A stretch of 64,000 nt of DNA from Dehalococcoidia bacterium (GTDB taxonomy: Bacteria > Chloroflexota > Dehalococcoidia > Lucifugimonadales > UBA3495): positions 1,051,740-1,115,739 of the forward strand of contig OZ253548.1 in the NCBI GenBank assembly GCA_965262595.1. Reading direction: 5' to 3'. Below, piece after piece: positions 18,224 to 26,580 of this stretch. Every line of letters starts with the position of its first letter. The first letter of the stretch is position 1. The notes beneath the pieces are model-generated. The model was not told the origin of the DNA. It made no database searches and was given only the letters and a program-made list of their open reading frames with translations. The position numbers and the translations under genes are program-made.

Positions 18224-18751
18224 ATGAGCGCAGCGGACGCGGTTATGTGGGCCCTGGACCGGAACTGGAACATGGTAGATGCCGCCGTGGCCGGTCTGGA
18301 CGCCGAAACTGTCAACCGGCAGCCGGCGGAGCAGTGTAACTCAATTGCCTGGATTCTTTGGCACATGAACCGGGTTATTGACACCTTTATCAACCAACGG
18401 CTTCAGGGCCGGCCTCCTTTCTGGATTAGCCAGGGTTGGCACGAAAAGTTCGGAATGGCCGAAAATGTCCGCGGGATGGGCTGGCAACCGGAGGAGCTGG
18501 CCGAGTGGGCTTCTCCGCCGTTGGAAGTAATTTTGGGCTACCAGGCGGCAGTGCGGCAGGCAGCTCAGGAGTATATAGACTCCCTGACCGTGGCCGACCT
18601 GGAGCGCAAGGTAACTTTTCCTCCGGAAGCTGAGACCCAGGACCATTCTGTAGCCACGGCTCTGGGGCAACTAGTCTGGGACAACGTGGCCCACGGGGGG
18701 CAAATAGCCTACCTGCGCGGCCTGTTCCAGGGTATGGGCTGGCACCGTTAG
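18224..18751 (+). CDS. DinB-family protein
   Basis: Four-helix DinB-like pattern with His residues (WILWHMNRV…, HGGQIAYLRG). Start moved to the ATG at 18224, preceded by GGGAGGG. Confidence 0.7.
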   Translation: MSAADAVMWALDRNWNMVDAAVAGLDAETVNRQPAEQCNSIAWILWHMNRVIDTFINQRLQGRPPFWISQGWHEKFGMAENVRGMGWQPEELAEWASPPLEVILGYQAAVRQAAQEYIDSLTVADLERKVTFPPEAETQDHSVATALGQLVWDNVAHGGQIAYLRGLFQGMGWHR

Positions 18752-18917
18752 GCGATCCTGCCGTTCCGACACCCACTCCAGCGGCGCACTTCTATCTACC
18801 CGATATCCCATCCATCGGACCGAAAAGATTGAATATATGCCTCTCGCGGCTCTATAATTCCCTAAACCGCCAAACCCAGCGAGTTTAGGCAAATAAAAGC
18901 GGAACGAGGAGGACAAT

Positions 18918-19322
18918 ATGCCCCGAATCAAGCACATTGCTATACGTACGCCGGACCCGGAGAAAACCGCTGCCTTCTATGTCAAGGTCTTCGGACTGGA
19001 AGAGGTTGGCAAGGCCGGCTCCGGCTGCTACCTTTCCGACGGGTACATCAACCTGGCAATCCTCAAGTCCATTGATCAGGGCAATGCCGAGAGTCCGCGG
19101 GACGTAGAGGGTTACGCCGGCATCGACCATCTGGGCTTCATGGTTGAGGACGTGGACGAGATTTGCCACAAGCTGGAAGAAGAGGGCGCCCGCCCCATGA
19201 ACCAGCGCATCGAGCTGGGCGGGGCGCACAACCCCACCGGCCAGTCCTACTACGAGCTTAAGTACCGAGGGCCGGATGAACAGGTGATCGACGTTTCCGG
19301 GTCCGGCTGGATCGGTACCTAA
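18918..19322 (+). CDS. VOC (glyoxalase/bleomycin-resistance/dioxygenase) family protein
   Basis: IKHIAIRTPDPEKTAAFYVKVFGLEE… and GIDHLGFMVEDVDE… are typical paired beta-alpha-beta-beta-beta modules. The RBS is GAGGAGG. Confidence 0.75.
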   Translation: MPRIKHIAIRTPDPEKTAAFYVKVFGLEEVGKAGSGCYLSDGYINLAILKSIDQGNAESPRDVEGYAGIDHLGFMVEDVDEICHKLEEEGARPMNQRIELGGAHNPTGQSYYELKYRGPDEQVIDVSGSGWIGT

Positions 19323-19942
19323 GCCGGGTCAAAGACTAAAGACTGATGGTCAACGTCCGCCGTGACGGGCCGGGACGTAGGATTCGGCGGCTGACGAGCT
19401 GAGCGGTTCGGAGTGGACCCAAGCGAGCAGAAAATCTCTGCCCCAAAGATGGTAAGGTAATTTTGGGTTCTCTCCGAACTAACCGGCAGCGTTACAAGCA
19501 GAAGCCGCTATCCCGACCCCGAATCCGATACGAGGCTCCAACGCCGCAGCAGAACGGGGACACCAAATTGCCGGTCTGCGCGTTGGCAGATCAGGCCCAA
19601 CCGGAACCCGCGCCCGCCGACCCGTTTCTCCCCACTCCTCCCGCTCCTTACCGCCCACTTTCTTCTCCCAGCGACCGCTTACGGTTCCATACGTACGTCC
19701 GACAAGGACCAAAAGTAATAGCGGGGCCACAAAATTGACCCCCAAGCCAGGTAATCATGAGAGTCTTGCCGGGGCGACGGCTGGATGGAAGCGCACAATT
19801 TCGTTACTGCTCATCTATCAACGATTCAGAGCATTGGCGAACTGGGTGAGGTAACCGTTGCTGTAGGATTTAATGATGCAAATGGGTATCAGTTGCGGGT
19901 AGGGTTTCACTGTCAGGTTACCAGAGAGGTCATTTTGTTACG

Positions 19943-20368
19943 CTATTCGCTGGTGCACTGGTCGCAAGTGACGTAAAGCTCAATGCGGTGGCCCACGATG
20001 TTGCCAGGTATGTCGTCGCCCAAAGCCCGCAGCAGACGCTCTACCGTAGTGGCCCGGAACTCTCCGACATTCCCGCAGATGACGCAGACCGTGTGGTGAT
20101 GGTGCTCAATGCTGGACAAGCTGTACCGGGGAGCGCCGTCCATCAAGTTAAGCCGACAGATGACACCGGCTTTCATCAGGAGTTTGATCGTTCGAAAGAT
20201 GGTCGCCCGGCCCACGCCTGGCAACTCATGCCCAATCTCCTCGGCGGTGAAGCCCCCCTCTTTCCCATCCAGGACCTCTATTATGGCACGTCTTGGAGCC
20301 GTGGAGCGATATCCCCGGTCTTCGAGGACTGCCATAATATCTGGGCGTGAAGTAAGGTGTCTCGTCAT
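19943..20368 (-). CDS. Fur-family transcriptional regulator (second copy)
   Basis: RATIFRTIKLLMKAGVI, a HHHH run, and CVICGN plus CDQC zinc-site pairs. Confidence 0.85.
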   Translation of the reverse strand: MTRHLTSRPDIMAVLEDRGYRSTAPRRAIIEVLDGKEGGFTAEEIGHELPGVGRATIFRTIKLLMKAGVICRLNLMDGAPRYSLSSIEHHHHTVCVICGNVGEFRATTVERLLRALGDDIPGNIVGHRIELYVTCDQCTSE

Positions 20369-20466
20369 GATACCTGGTTCATTTCAATCCAGCGCTCAAA
20401 GTGATGTTTAATGGTCTCATAGATACATAAGCCGGTCAACTCCGAAGCCGTCTCCATCAGACCTAA

Positions 20467-20510
20467 GGAGACTCCAACCCAAGGGGACTCCAACCCAAGG
20501 GGACTCCAGG
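20467..20510. repeat. 16-bp tandem repeat (GGRGACTCCAACCCAA) about 2.7 copies
   Basis: Direct reading: GGAGACTCCAACCCAA GGGGACTCCAACCCAA GGGGACTCCAGG, about 100 nt upstream of the Fur start. Confidence 0.9.
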
Positions 20511-20740
20511 GAGACCGGCGTCAATTTAGACCAGGCGCGCGCCGGCGACGTCTCGAACATCGTTCCAGCGCCCACCGGCCTGACAACAATTGCCACTGCC
20601 AACTGCGATGCGTCTCGCGGGCGTCCAAATTGACATTTTTTGCGCCGGTTCCTTAGCCGCGACAATAAACTCATCCGAACGCACCCAGCCAGCGCTGCCG
20701 GCGATAGTCAGGGCATCGAATCCAGGACCTGCCCGCTCTC

Positions 20741-20778
20741 AAAACTGTGGGCCGGAGGAGTTAACTCCTCCGGCCCAC
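20741..20778 (-). terminator. Strong intrinsic terminator after the giant surface-protein gene
   Basis: Perfect 14-bp stem GTGGGCCGGAGGAG / CTCCTCCGGCCCAC with a TTAA loop. The minus strand continues AGUUUUG. Confidence 0.75.
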
Positions 20779-20807
20779 TTTACTCACTTAACCAGGTATT
20801 TACCTGC

Positions 20808-21404
20808 CTATCGGAAACCGCGTCTCCGGGTCAACAAGTAGGCCCTTCCGCCGGCTATCGCCACACCAATCGCGATGATAAGCACAATCAGCGCCACGTT
20901 TATCCCTCCTTCATCCGGGGGAGGCGGCGGAGGCTCCACTACGGGCGCTACCGTAGGCGGCGGTGTTGGCTCCGGCGCCGCGGTCGGCATCGGCGTAGCG
21001 GTCGGCTCCGGCGTTGGCACCGGGGTCGCCGGCCAGGGAGTAGGCCTCGGCACCCTCAGGACCGGTGTCGGCGGCGTCGGCGTTACCGGCTCCGGCGTCA
21101 CCTGCGGCGGCGGCGCGGCAGGCAGAGACTCGGTCATCAATACTACCAGGCTGGTTCCAGCGGCAAGCGTGTCATCATAAGTCACGTTGGCGCGTAACCG
21201 CATCCCGACGTCGGCCTTGGTCGGAGTATAGCTCTCCGACGTTGCGCCCGCGATGTCGGTCCAGGTTACACCGTAAGGCGAACTCTGCCATTGCCACATT
21301 CGCGCCGTGACGCCACCGTCCGGGTCGGACAGCATGGTCGTGATAGTAGTCCCAACCTCCGGCGCCCCCGACGGAGCGAGGGTGACATTGCCCGGCTCAT
21401 CCAC
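20808..21404 (-). CDS. Surface-protein fragment 5: Ig/cadherin-type repeat, Pro/Thr-rich stalk, C-terminal TM helix and basic tail
   Basis: The frame continues upstream as …IIRVTIIVTNVDEPGNVTL (a cadherin domain end). It then carries PTPEPTATPMP… and INVALIVLIIAIGVAIAGG-RAYLLTRRRGFR. Confidence 0.7.
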   Translation of the reverse strand: MDEPGNVTLAPSGAPEVGTTITTMLSDPDGGVTARMWQWQSSPYGVTWTDIAGATSESYTPTKADVGMRLRANVTYDDTLAAGTSLVVLMTESLPAAPPPQVTPEPVTPTPPTPVLRVPRPTPWPATPVPTPEPTATPMPTAAPEPTPPPTVAPVVEPPPPPPDEGGINVALIVLIIAIGVAIAGGRAYLLTRRRGFR

Positions 21405-21409
21405 GTTGG

Positions 21410-24400
21410 TTACGATGATAGTGACCCGGATGATGCTCCTGATGCCCCCGGAAGGACTGCCTCGACAACCAAATCATAGGATTTCCGGTCGGACTCGAAG
21501 TCGAGCACGGTGCCTTCCTTCACCCGGATTTGACCGGTCTGCCAATCTATATCAAACAGGGCGGCGGACTGTCCCGCATTGATGTAACTGAATCTCCGTT
21601 GCAGCGGATCCCTGGCGACAACCGGACTGCCCACTTCCGTGCCGGCCGGGCTGTTCTCCGCAACTACCCGAGTGGCGCTGGCCCCTTCATCGAAAACGGG
21701 AACTACTATCATGGGCCTCGTGACCGGAGGTGGGTAAGGCCCACCGCCACCACCGCCGCCGCCACCACCGCCACTGCCGCCCGTACTTCCGGAGTCGCCA
21801 TTACCAACGTCGCCACCGTTGCCGCCGATATCGCCGCCGCCACCGGTTGGTCTGGGAGCCGTCACAGCGTAATGGCTGAAGCTGGTGATGCCGGTCACCT
21901 CAATAGTATTGCCAACTTCGGTATAACACTCACCGGTGACGCCGTTCCCACACTCAGAGATTACCTCCCAGGACGGGGAAGAGCTGCCGCGCTTCCGGAC
22001 CGTAATCGTTCCCGAGGGTCTCTCCAAGATGTTAACGGTAGCCTCTTTCTTGAGTATGGCATTCTCGAAACTAACGGGTTCACCGTCCAGGTCGTAGATG
22101 TCCACGGAAACACATTCCCTGACCCTCTCCCCGGTGCCCCCGCAGGCGCTCGGAGTGGAATTGACTACGATTTGGTAGAAGCCGGCGGGTGTGGGCACGG
22201 CCCCGCCGAGTATGGTTACCGTTGTGTCCCCATCGGACGTGGTAACCGTATTATCCGAATAGAGATCGCCAAAGTTCCACACCTGGGAGGCGCTGGTGTT
22301 CACCCGGTCGATCCGGCCAAAGACATAGGCCGCGCCCTGGTCCAGGCCACGCTGGTCGTCGCCGGTGGCACCTGCCACTATCAGGCCGCCGTCAATGGCG
22401 ACCGGGCTTCCAAACCATAGGCCGGAATCATCAAGGGACAAGCCAAAGCGGTCGCCCGCCTTCCCGCCGGAGGCCAGCAGGACGTAAGGGGTCGCGCCGT
22501 TGGCGTACTTTCGGAACACTTGCACCGACCCAGCGTCGTCGTTGTCCGGCTGGGCGACACTGGCGACGACGATGTACTCGCCGCTGACCGCCACGCTGTG
22601 GCCAAACTGGTTGCCATGGTCTGACCCCAAGCCGGCCAACTTCCCGATCCGGGCGCCATTGACGTCGAACAGATGGACTGCTCCCGTTCCCTGGGTCGGT
22701 TGGGGTTCACCGACGGCAATGGTGTTCCCGTCAATGTCCACCGACCAGCCGAAGGCGCTGCCGACCCCGAGGCCGAAGCCCTCCAGGGTGTGAGCAGGCT
22801 CCAGGGCGCCGGTCCAACCGCCGACCGGCTTAACGAACAGGTAAGCTTTCTCAGCGCCTAAAACGCCAGAAGCGTCATTACCGCCATAAGTCCCAACGAC
22901 TACATTGTCGCCGTCAATAGCCACCGTGAAACCGAAGTGGTCTCCTATTGCTCTGGTGGATGTCGGCGCTTGTAGCGTAGCCGTCTCCGCATTTGTTGTG
23001 GCCGAAAAACCGGTATCCGGCTTTACGTACACGTAGGCTCCGCCGACATTGTTTAAGCCGTTCTCATCCCGGCTCGGCGCGCCCACGACAATGGTGTTGC
23101 CGCTGATGGCCACCGACTCGCCGAAGAAGTCGTTGGCCGCGGTGTCGCTGGCCGTCAGGACGACGTACTGGTTGAAGGCCGTGCGAGTGCTGGGATCGGC
23201 GTTGGGGTCGGGGTCGGGCCAGCCGCCAAACGGCTTGGTGAACACGTAAACCTGGCTGGACTCGGAGCCGACGACCACGGTATCGCCGTCCACGGCGACA
23301 CTCTTTCCGAAACGGAAGGGGTTGTCGCCTGCCGCTGCCTCCAGGATTGCCGGAGTGGAGTCCTGGATGCTTTCATATACATAGACTACGCCGGAGGTTC
23401 CGCCTTCCATGGACGCCACCACAATGACCCCGCTCTCCTCGTCAACGGCGACCGCGTTACCCGCGGTCGCAGCGGCGCTATCGATGGGGGCCAGCTTGGC
23501 TAGCTGGATCCAGGGGCCGCTGCTGGTAACGGTGATGGTTACGTTGACCGCACCCTGGCGCGTTACGCCGTCCTTGGACAGGCTGGCGGCTACGTCCACA
23601 TCGTATGTTCCTGGCGCAATGGCGCCTTCGTTGACCGTAATCTGACCGGTCGAACTATTGACCATAAATCTGGTATCAGAGCCCCTAAGGAGAGAGTAGG
23701 TGACATCGAAGCCTTGGGCGTCCGCGACCACCGGCTTGCCCACATTGGAGCCTGGCGGAGCGTCCTCGTCCACCTCGCGAGTCACGCTGGCCTCGGCGAA
23801 GGGGCTGGCAGTTGCCTCCACAGTGACAGACTCGGACCACGGGCTGAAACTGTTGCGAGCCCGGACCTTGAAAACGAAGCGGCCGAACCGGTCGGGCTGA
23901 ATTGTGGAGCTCGTGACGCCAGCTACGGCAGTCATTGACAGAACCACGCCACCCGGTCCGGGGCCGCGGACCTCGAAGTCCGCATTGGTTTCAGAGTGGG
24001 CGTCCCAACTTATGGTAAAGGTTGTGGAAGCCGGGCTGTAGGACACGGTGACGCGCGTCAGTGGATGCAGGGGAATGCCGGGGTTGGCGCTCTGGCTGTC
24101 CGATTCTGGTCCAGCCGTTGCTGCGCCTCCGGTGCCGGATTCATTCACTGCCCGAATCTGGTAGGTATAGACGGTTTCGGTCTCGGTCCCGTCCGAAGCG
24201 ACACTTAGCGCGGTCAGACCTTCGATCGTGGAGCTGGTTGTTGTGGCAGTGCTCGAATCAATGTCCGAGAAGTCAGTATTGTCTGCGGCGAAGCCAGGAT
24301 CGCCAGTGGTGCTTTGCCGGTATTGGTATTTGGTGATGCTGGAGTCCCTCGGGTCATCCCAGGACAGCGTAACGCTGCCAAGGTAGGTGAGAGTCAGCGT

Positions 24401-24700
24401 CGTCACGGTCCCGCTAACGTCACCGGCTTTGACCCATTGGACCTCAAAGAAGTAGGTGTTGTTGTTGAGGTCCAGGCCGGTGACCTTATTGCTCACTGTT
24501 GCGGCCGTCGCGCCGCCGATGGTGATCCAGGACAAATCCGAGAAGTCGCCGGATATGGTCTGCCCGGTACCGACCGCAACCTGCTCTCCACCACCCGTCA
24601 CCGGCCTAACTTCGAACACATTGCCCAGGTGGGGGTTTATTCCGTTGATAGCGGTGGTAATGGCCGTGCCTGCATCGGCTTCCGCTATGCCGGTGTCCAT
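21410..24700 (-). CDS. Surface-protein fragment 4 (1096 aa): FN3, cadherin-like, about seven FG-GAP blades, Ig-like region, poly-Gly linker, cadherin-like domain
   Basis: FG-GAP-type repeats (FGKSVAVDGDTVVVG, FGESVAISGNTIVVGAP…GGAYVYV, FGFTVAIDGDNVVVG, FGWSVDIDGNTIAVG, FGHSVAVSGEYIVVA). A G13 tract. Cadherin-like …FDIDWQTGQIRVKEGTVLDFESDRKSYDLVVEA. Confidence 0.8.
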   Translation of the reverse strand: MDTGIAEADAGTAITTAINGINPHLGNVFEVRPVTGGGEQVAVGTGQTISGDFSDLSWITIGGATAATVSNKVTGLDLNNNTYFFEVQWVKAGDVSGTVTTLTLTYLGSVTLSWDDPRDSSITKYQYRQSTTGDPGFAADNTDFSDIDSSTATTTSSTIEGLTALSVASDGTETETVYTYQIRAVNESGTGGAATAGPESDSQSANPGIPLHPLTRVTVSYSPASTTFTISWDAHSETNADFEVRGPGPGGVVLSMTAVAGVTSSTIQPDRFGRFVFKVRARNSFSPWSESVTVEATASPFAEASVTREVDEDAPPGSNVGKPVVADAQGFDVTYSLLRGSDTRFMVNSSTGQITVNEGAIAPGTYDVDVAASLSKDGVTRQGAVNVTITVTSSGPWIQLAKLAPIDSAAATAGNAVAVDEESGVIVVASMEGGTSGVVYVYESIQDSTPAILEAAAGDNPFRFGKSVAVDGDTVVVGSESSQVYVFTKPFGGWPDPDPNADPSTRTAFNQYVVLTASDTAANDFFGESVAISGNTIVVGAPSRDENGLNNVGGAYVYVKPDTGFSATTNAETATLQAPTSTRAIGDHFGFTVAIDGDNVVVGTYGGNDASGVLGAEKAYLFVKPVGGWTGALEPAHTLEGFGLGVGSAFGWSVDIDGNTIAVGEPQPTQGTGAVHLFDVNGARIGKLAGLGSDHGNQFGHSVAVSGEYIVVASVAQPDNDDAGSVQVFRKYANGATPYVLLASGGKAGDRFGLSLDDSGLWFGSPVAIDGGLIVAGATGDDQRGLDQGAAYVFGRIDRVNTSASQVWNFGDLYSDNTVTTSDGDTTVTILGGAVPTPAGFYQIVVNSTPSACGGTGERVRECVSVDIYDLDGEPVSFENAILKKEATVNILERPSGTITVRKRGSSSPSWEVISECGNGVTGECYTEVGNTIEVTGITSFSHYAVTAPRPTGGGGDIGGNGGDVGNGDSGSTGGSGGGGGGGGGGGPYPPPVTRPMIVVPVFDEGASATRVVAENSPAGTEVGSPVVARDPLQRRFSYINAGQSAALFDIDWQTGQIRVKEGTVLDFESDRKSYDLVVEAVLPGASGASSGSLSS

Positions 24701-25188
24701 CCAATCGCCATAGGTATCTCCGCCGTCCCGCTATGGCGGTATTGCCATCCGGTTGCGGTGGCGTCCGCTGTCCAGGTCAGGATCGCCTGCCCGACTGTAG
24801 TCTGGCGGTACTGGTACCCGGTAATGTCGGTGTCGCTGGGGTCGGTCCAGGAGAGAATAACCTCGGTCACGGCATCGCTGGGCGTGGCAGTGAAGCCGGT
24901 GGGCTTGGCCGGCGCGTTCAATATTGTTTGGGCTCCGTTGCTGGTGGCTTCCGGGCCTTGCCCGCCGTTGGGTGGAAGGGTGAGCGCCGCCAACCGGAAG
25001 TAGTAGGTCTGGCCGTTGTCCAGGCCGGTTACTATATGCCCGGTAGTAGTGGCGCCGCTGCCGGAGATGCGCAGCCAAGCCCCGGTAAAGACTCCGGCGG
25101 CGTACACCATATCAATGTCCACTGCAAGCTGGTCCGGATCAGCTTTTAAGGGCCTGACTTCGACGGTCGTTAATCGCCCGCACTTCAA
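24685..25188 (-). CDS. Surface-protein fragment 3: FN3 domains
   Basis: …GHIVTGLDNGQTYYFRLAAL… and …VILSWTDPSDTDITGYQYRQ… AILTWTADATATGWQYRHSG. Confidence 0.6.
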   Translation of the reverse strand: MKCGRLTTVEVRPLKADPDQLAVDIDMVYAAGVFTGAWLRISGSGATTTGHIVTGLDNGQTYYFRLAALTLPPNGGQGPEATSNGAQTILNAPAKPTGFTATPSDAVTEVILSWTDPSDTDITGYQYRQTTVGQAILTWTADATATGWQYRHSGTAEIPMAIGWTPA

Positions 25189-25627
25189 ACTCGTACTCGT
25201 TGGTGTTGGTCAGGCTGCCGACCGTGTGTTCTTTGGTCGTGGCGGAACTGCCGGAAATATCCTCCCAGTCAGGGTCCCAGGCGTTGGCCTCTCCCGACGA
25301 TATGCGTGTCCGGTACTGGAACTTGGTGATGGTGGAGTCGCCGAGACCGGTCCAGTGCAACCGTACTTCACCGTCTCCGGGGATCGCTCGCAGGTCCGGC
25401 GCAGCCGGGGGCCGGAGGGGGTGGCGGTAGCGGTTTCGTCGGCTGTACCAGACCCCTGACTGTTCTTCGCCCTGACCTGGAAGGAGTAGGTGGTGCCGTT
25501 GCTCAGGCCGGTCACGGTGTAGTTGTTTTCGACGCTCGAGAAATTCTGCCAGCCGCCCCAGCCGCTGCCGCCGTCCTGGCGGTAGCCGTAGCTGAAGACA
25601 AAATCGCCCGCAGGCGGGGCATCCCAA
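25139..25627 (-). CDS. Surface-protein fragment 2: one FN3 domain (only the C-terminal ~90 aa of the ORF are in the true frame)
   Basis: …PAAPDLRAIPGDGEVRLHWTGLGDSTITKFQYRTRISSGEANAWDPDWEDISGSSATTKEHTVGSLTNTNEYEFEVRAIN. Confidence 0.6.
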   Translation of the reverse strand: MGCPACGRFCLQLRLPPGRRQRLGRLAEFLERRKQLHRDRPEQRHHLLLPGQGEEQSGVWYSRRNRYRHPLRPPAAPDLRAIPGDGEVRLHWTGLGDSTITKFQYRTRISSGEANAWDPDWEDISGSSATTKEHTVGSLTNTNEYEFEVRAINDRRSQALKS

Positions 25628-26079
25628 CTCAGCGTTACCTCGGCGTTGCCGGCGATGGCGGTTACGCCGGTAAGCTTTGTAGGGGAGGCTCGCTGGGTCT
25701 CGTTGAATAGTTCGGACGCTGGACCGGCGTTATTGCGGTCGTCCTTGCCGCGAACCTGGAAATAATAGAGAGTGCCGGCGGTTAGTTTATGTTGCTCAAC
25801 GCCATCGACTTCGGAGGGGAGGGTGACGGTGGTATCGTTCGCGTTGTCGGCGCCAGGGACATCGAGCCATCCCGCGCCTATCATGCCCACAACGCTGTCC
25901 GAATAACGGAAGTCGTAACCGCCGGTGGCCCCGCTCAAGTAGTCCCAGCGCAGCGTCATCGTGCCGTTACCGGAGGTGGCTGAGCCGCCGGTGGGCTTGC
26001 CTGGGGCGTCGGCAAACACCACCGCCGGCACAAGCACAGCCAGCAGGGCTACCGCGAACAGCGCCGCAATACCGGCCAA
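25210..26079 (-). CDS. Surface-protein fragment 1: hydrophobic signal/anchor segment plus FN3 domains
   Basis: IAALFAVALLAVLVPAVVFADA, then FN3-like units (…TLRWDY…YYFQVRGKD…, …VTLSWDAPP…YSFQVRAKNSQG). The last ~70 aa are out-of-frame nonsense. Confidence 0.7.
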   Translation of the reverse strand: MAGIAALFAVALLAVLVPAVVFADAPGKPTGGSATSGNGTMTLRWDYLSGATGGYDFRYSDSVVGMIGAGWLDVPGADNANDTTVTLPSEVDGVEQHKLTAGTLYYFQVRGKDDRNNAGPASELFNETQRASPTKLTGVTAIAGNAEVTLSWDAPPAGDFVFSYGYRQDGGSGWGGWQNFSSVENNYTVTGLSNGTTYSFQVRAKNSQGSGTADETATATPSGPRLRRTCERSPETVKYGCTGPVSATPPSPSSSTGHAYRRERPTPGTLTGRIFPAVPPRPKNTRSAA

Positions 26080-26580
26080 CCACGAGTTGGCTTGAGGGAT
26101 CTGGAGACCCCGGCCAACTTCCTTGCCAGTCCGTTCTGCAGCGTTGCAAGTACATACATTGAAATCTCCTCACGATTTAGCCACGCCAATCTACCGGCGT
26201 AGTCCCATATTAGCCAAATCACAAACTGCGCCGCACCCGGAAGCGGGGTAGCCGTCGCAACTTTATAAGGGAATGCCAGGAACAATTGCTAGCGGATAGA
26301 TTCACGTTTCAGACGATTTATGATGGTTTATAAACGCTGCCCAGGGCGGGAGGCGTCCGGCCGGAATCCAGACAGCCCTTACTGGGAGCATCATACTGAG
26401 CCGGGGAATCACCGGATTCCGGGTTTCTCCAGAACGCCGGGGAAGGGGTCGTGGTCCCGTCCGGCGCTTGTCGCCGGGTGGGCGGGCGTGTGCCAAGCAG
26501 TGATTATTGAAAGACCGGGGGACTCCCGGGCCAAACCTTCAAGCGGTTAACCTACAATAGTCACCTACTGATCACCCTGA

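Larger units (their letters stand above)
20808..26162 (-). pseudogene. Giant cell-surface protein gene (FN3 x about 6, cadherin-like, FG-GAP propeller, Gly/Pro linkers, C-terminal TM anchor) readable only across about 5 frame switches
   Basis: Five consecutive ORF fragments carry contiguous domain architecture in frames 2,0,1,0,1,2. Details are in the fragment features and in the findings. Confidence 0.7.

Noticed and set aside
19479-19745. 88-aa minus-strand ORF with a hydrophobic N-terminus in the 620-nt gap downstream of the second Fur gene.
   Set aside because: Only the first ~15 residues look membrane-like and the rest is Arg/Gly/Pro-rich. There is no RBS. Kept only as a remote possibility of a small membrane peptide.
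20417-20674. 85-aa minus-strand ORF spanning the 16-bp tandem repeat.
   Set aside because: It has no RBS, its composition is dominated by the repeat and by Arg/Ser/Pro, and it lies in a promoter/terminator spacer.
20808-26162. Programmed ribosomal frameshifting as the explanation for the multi-frame adhesin gene.
   Set aside because: Five switches in both directions (+1 and -1) occur without recognisable slippery heptamers or downstream pseudoknots. At least one further lesion looks like an internal deletion. Mutation, slippage or assembly error is far more likely.
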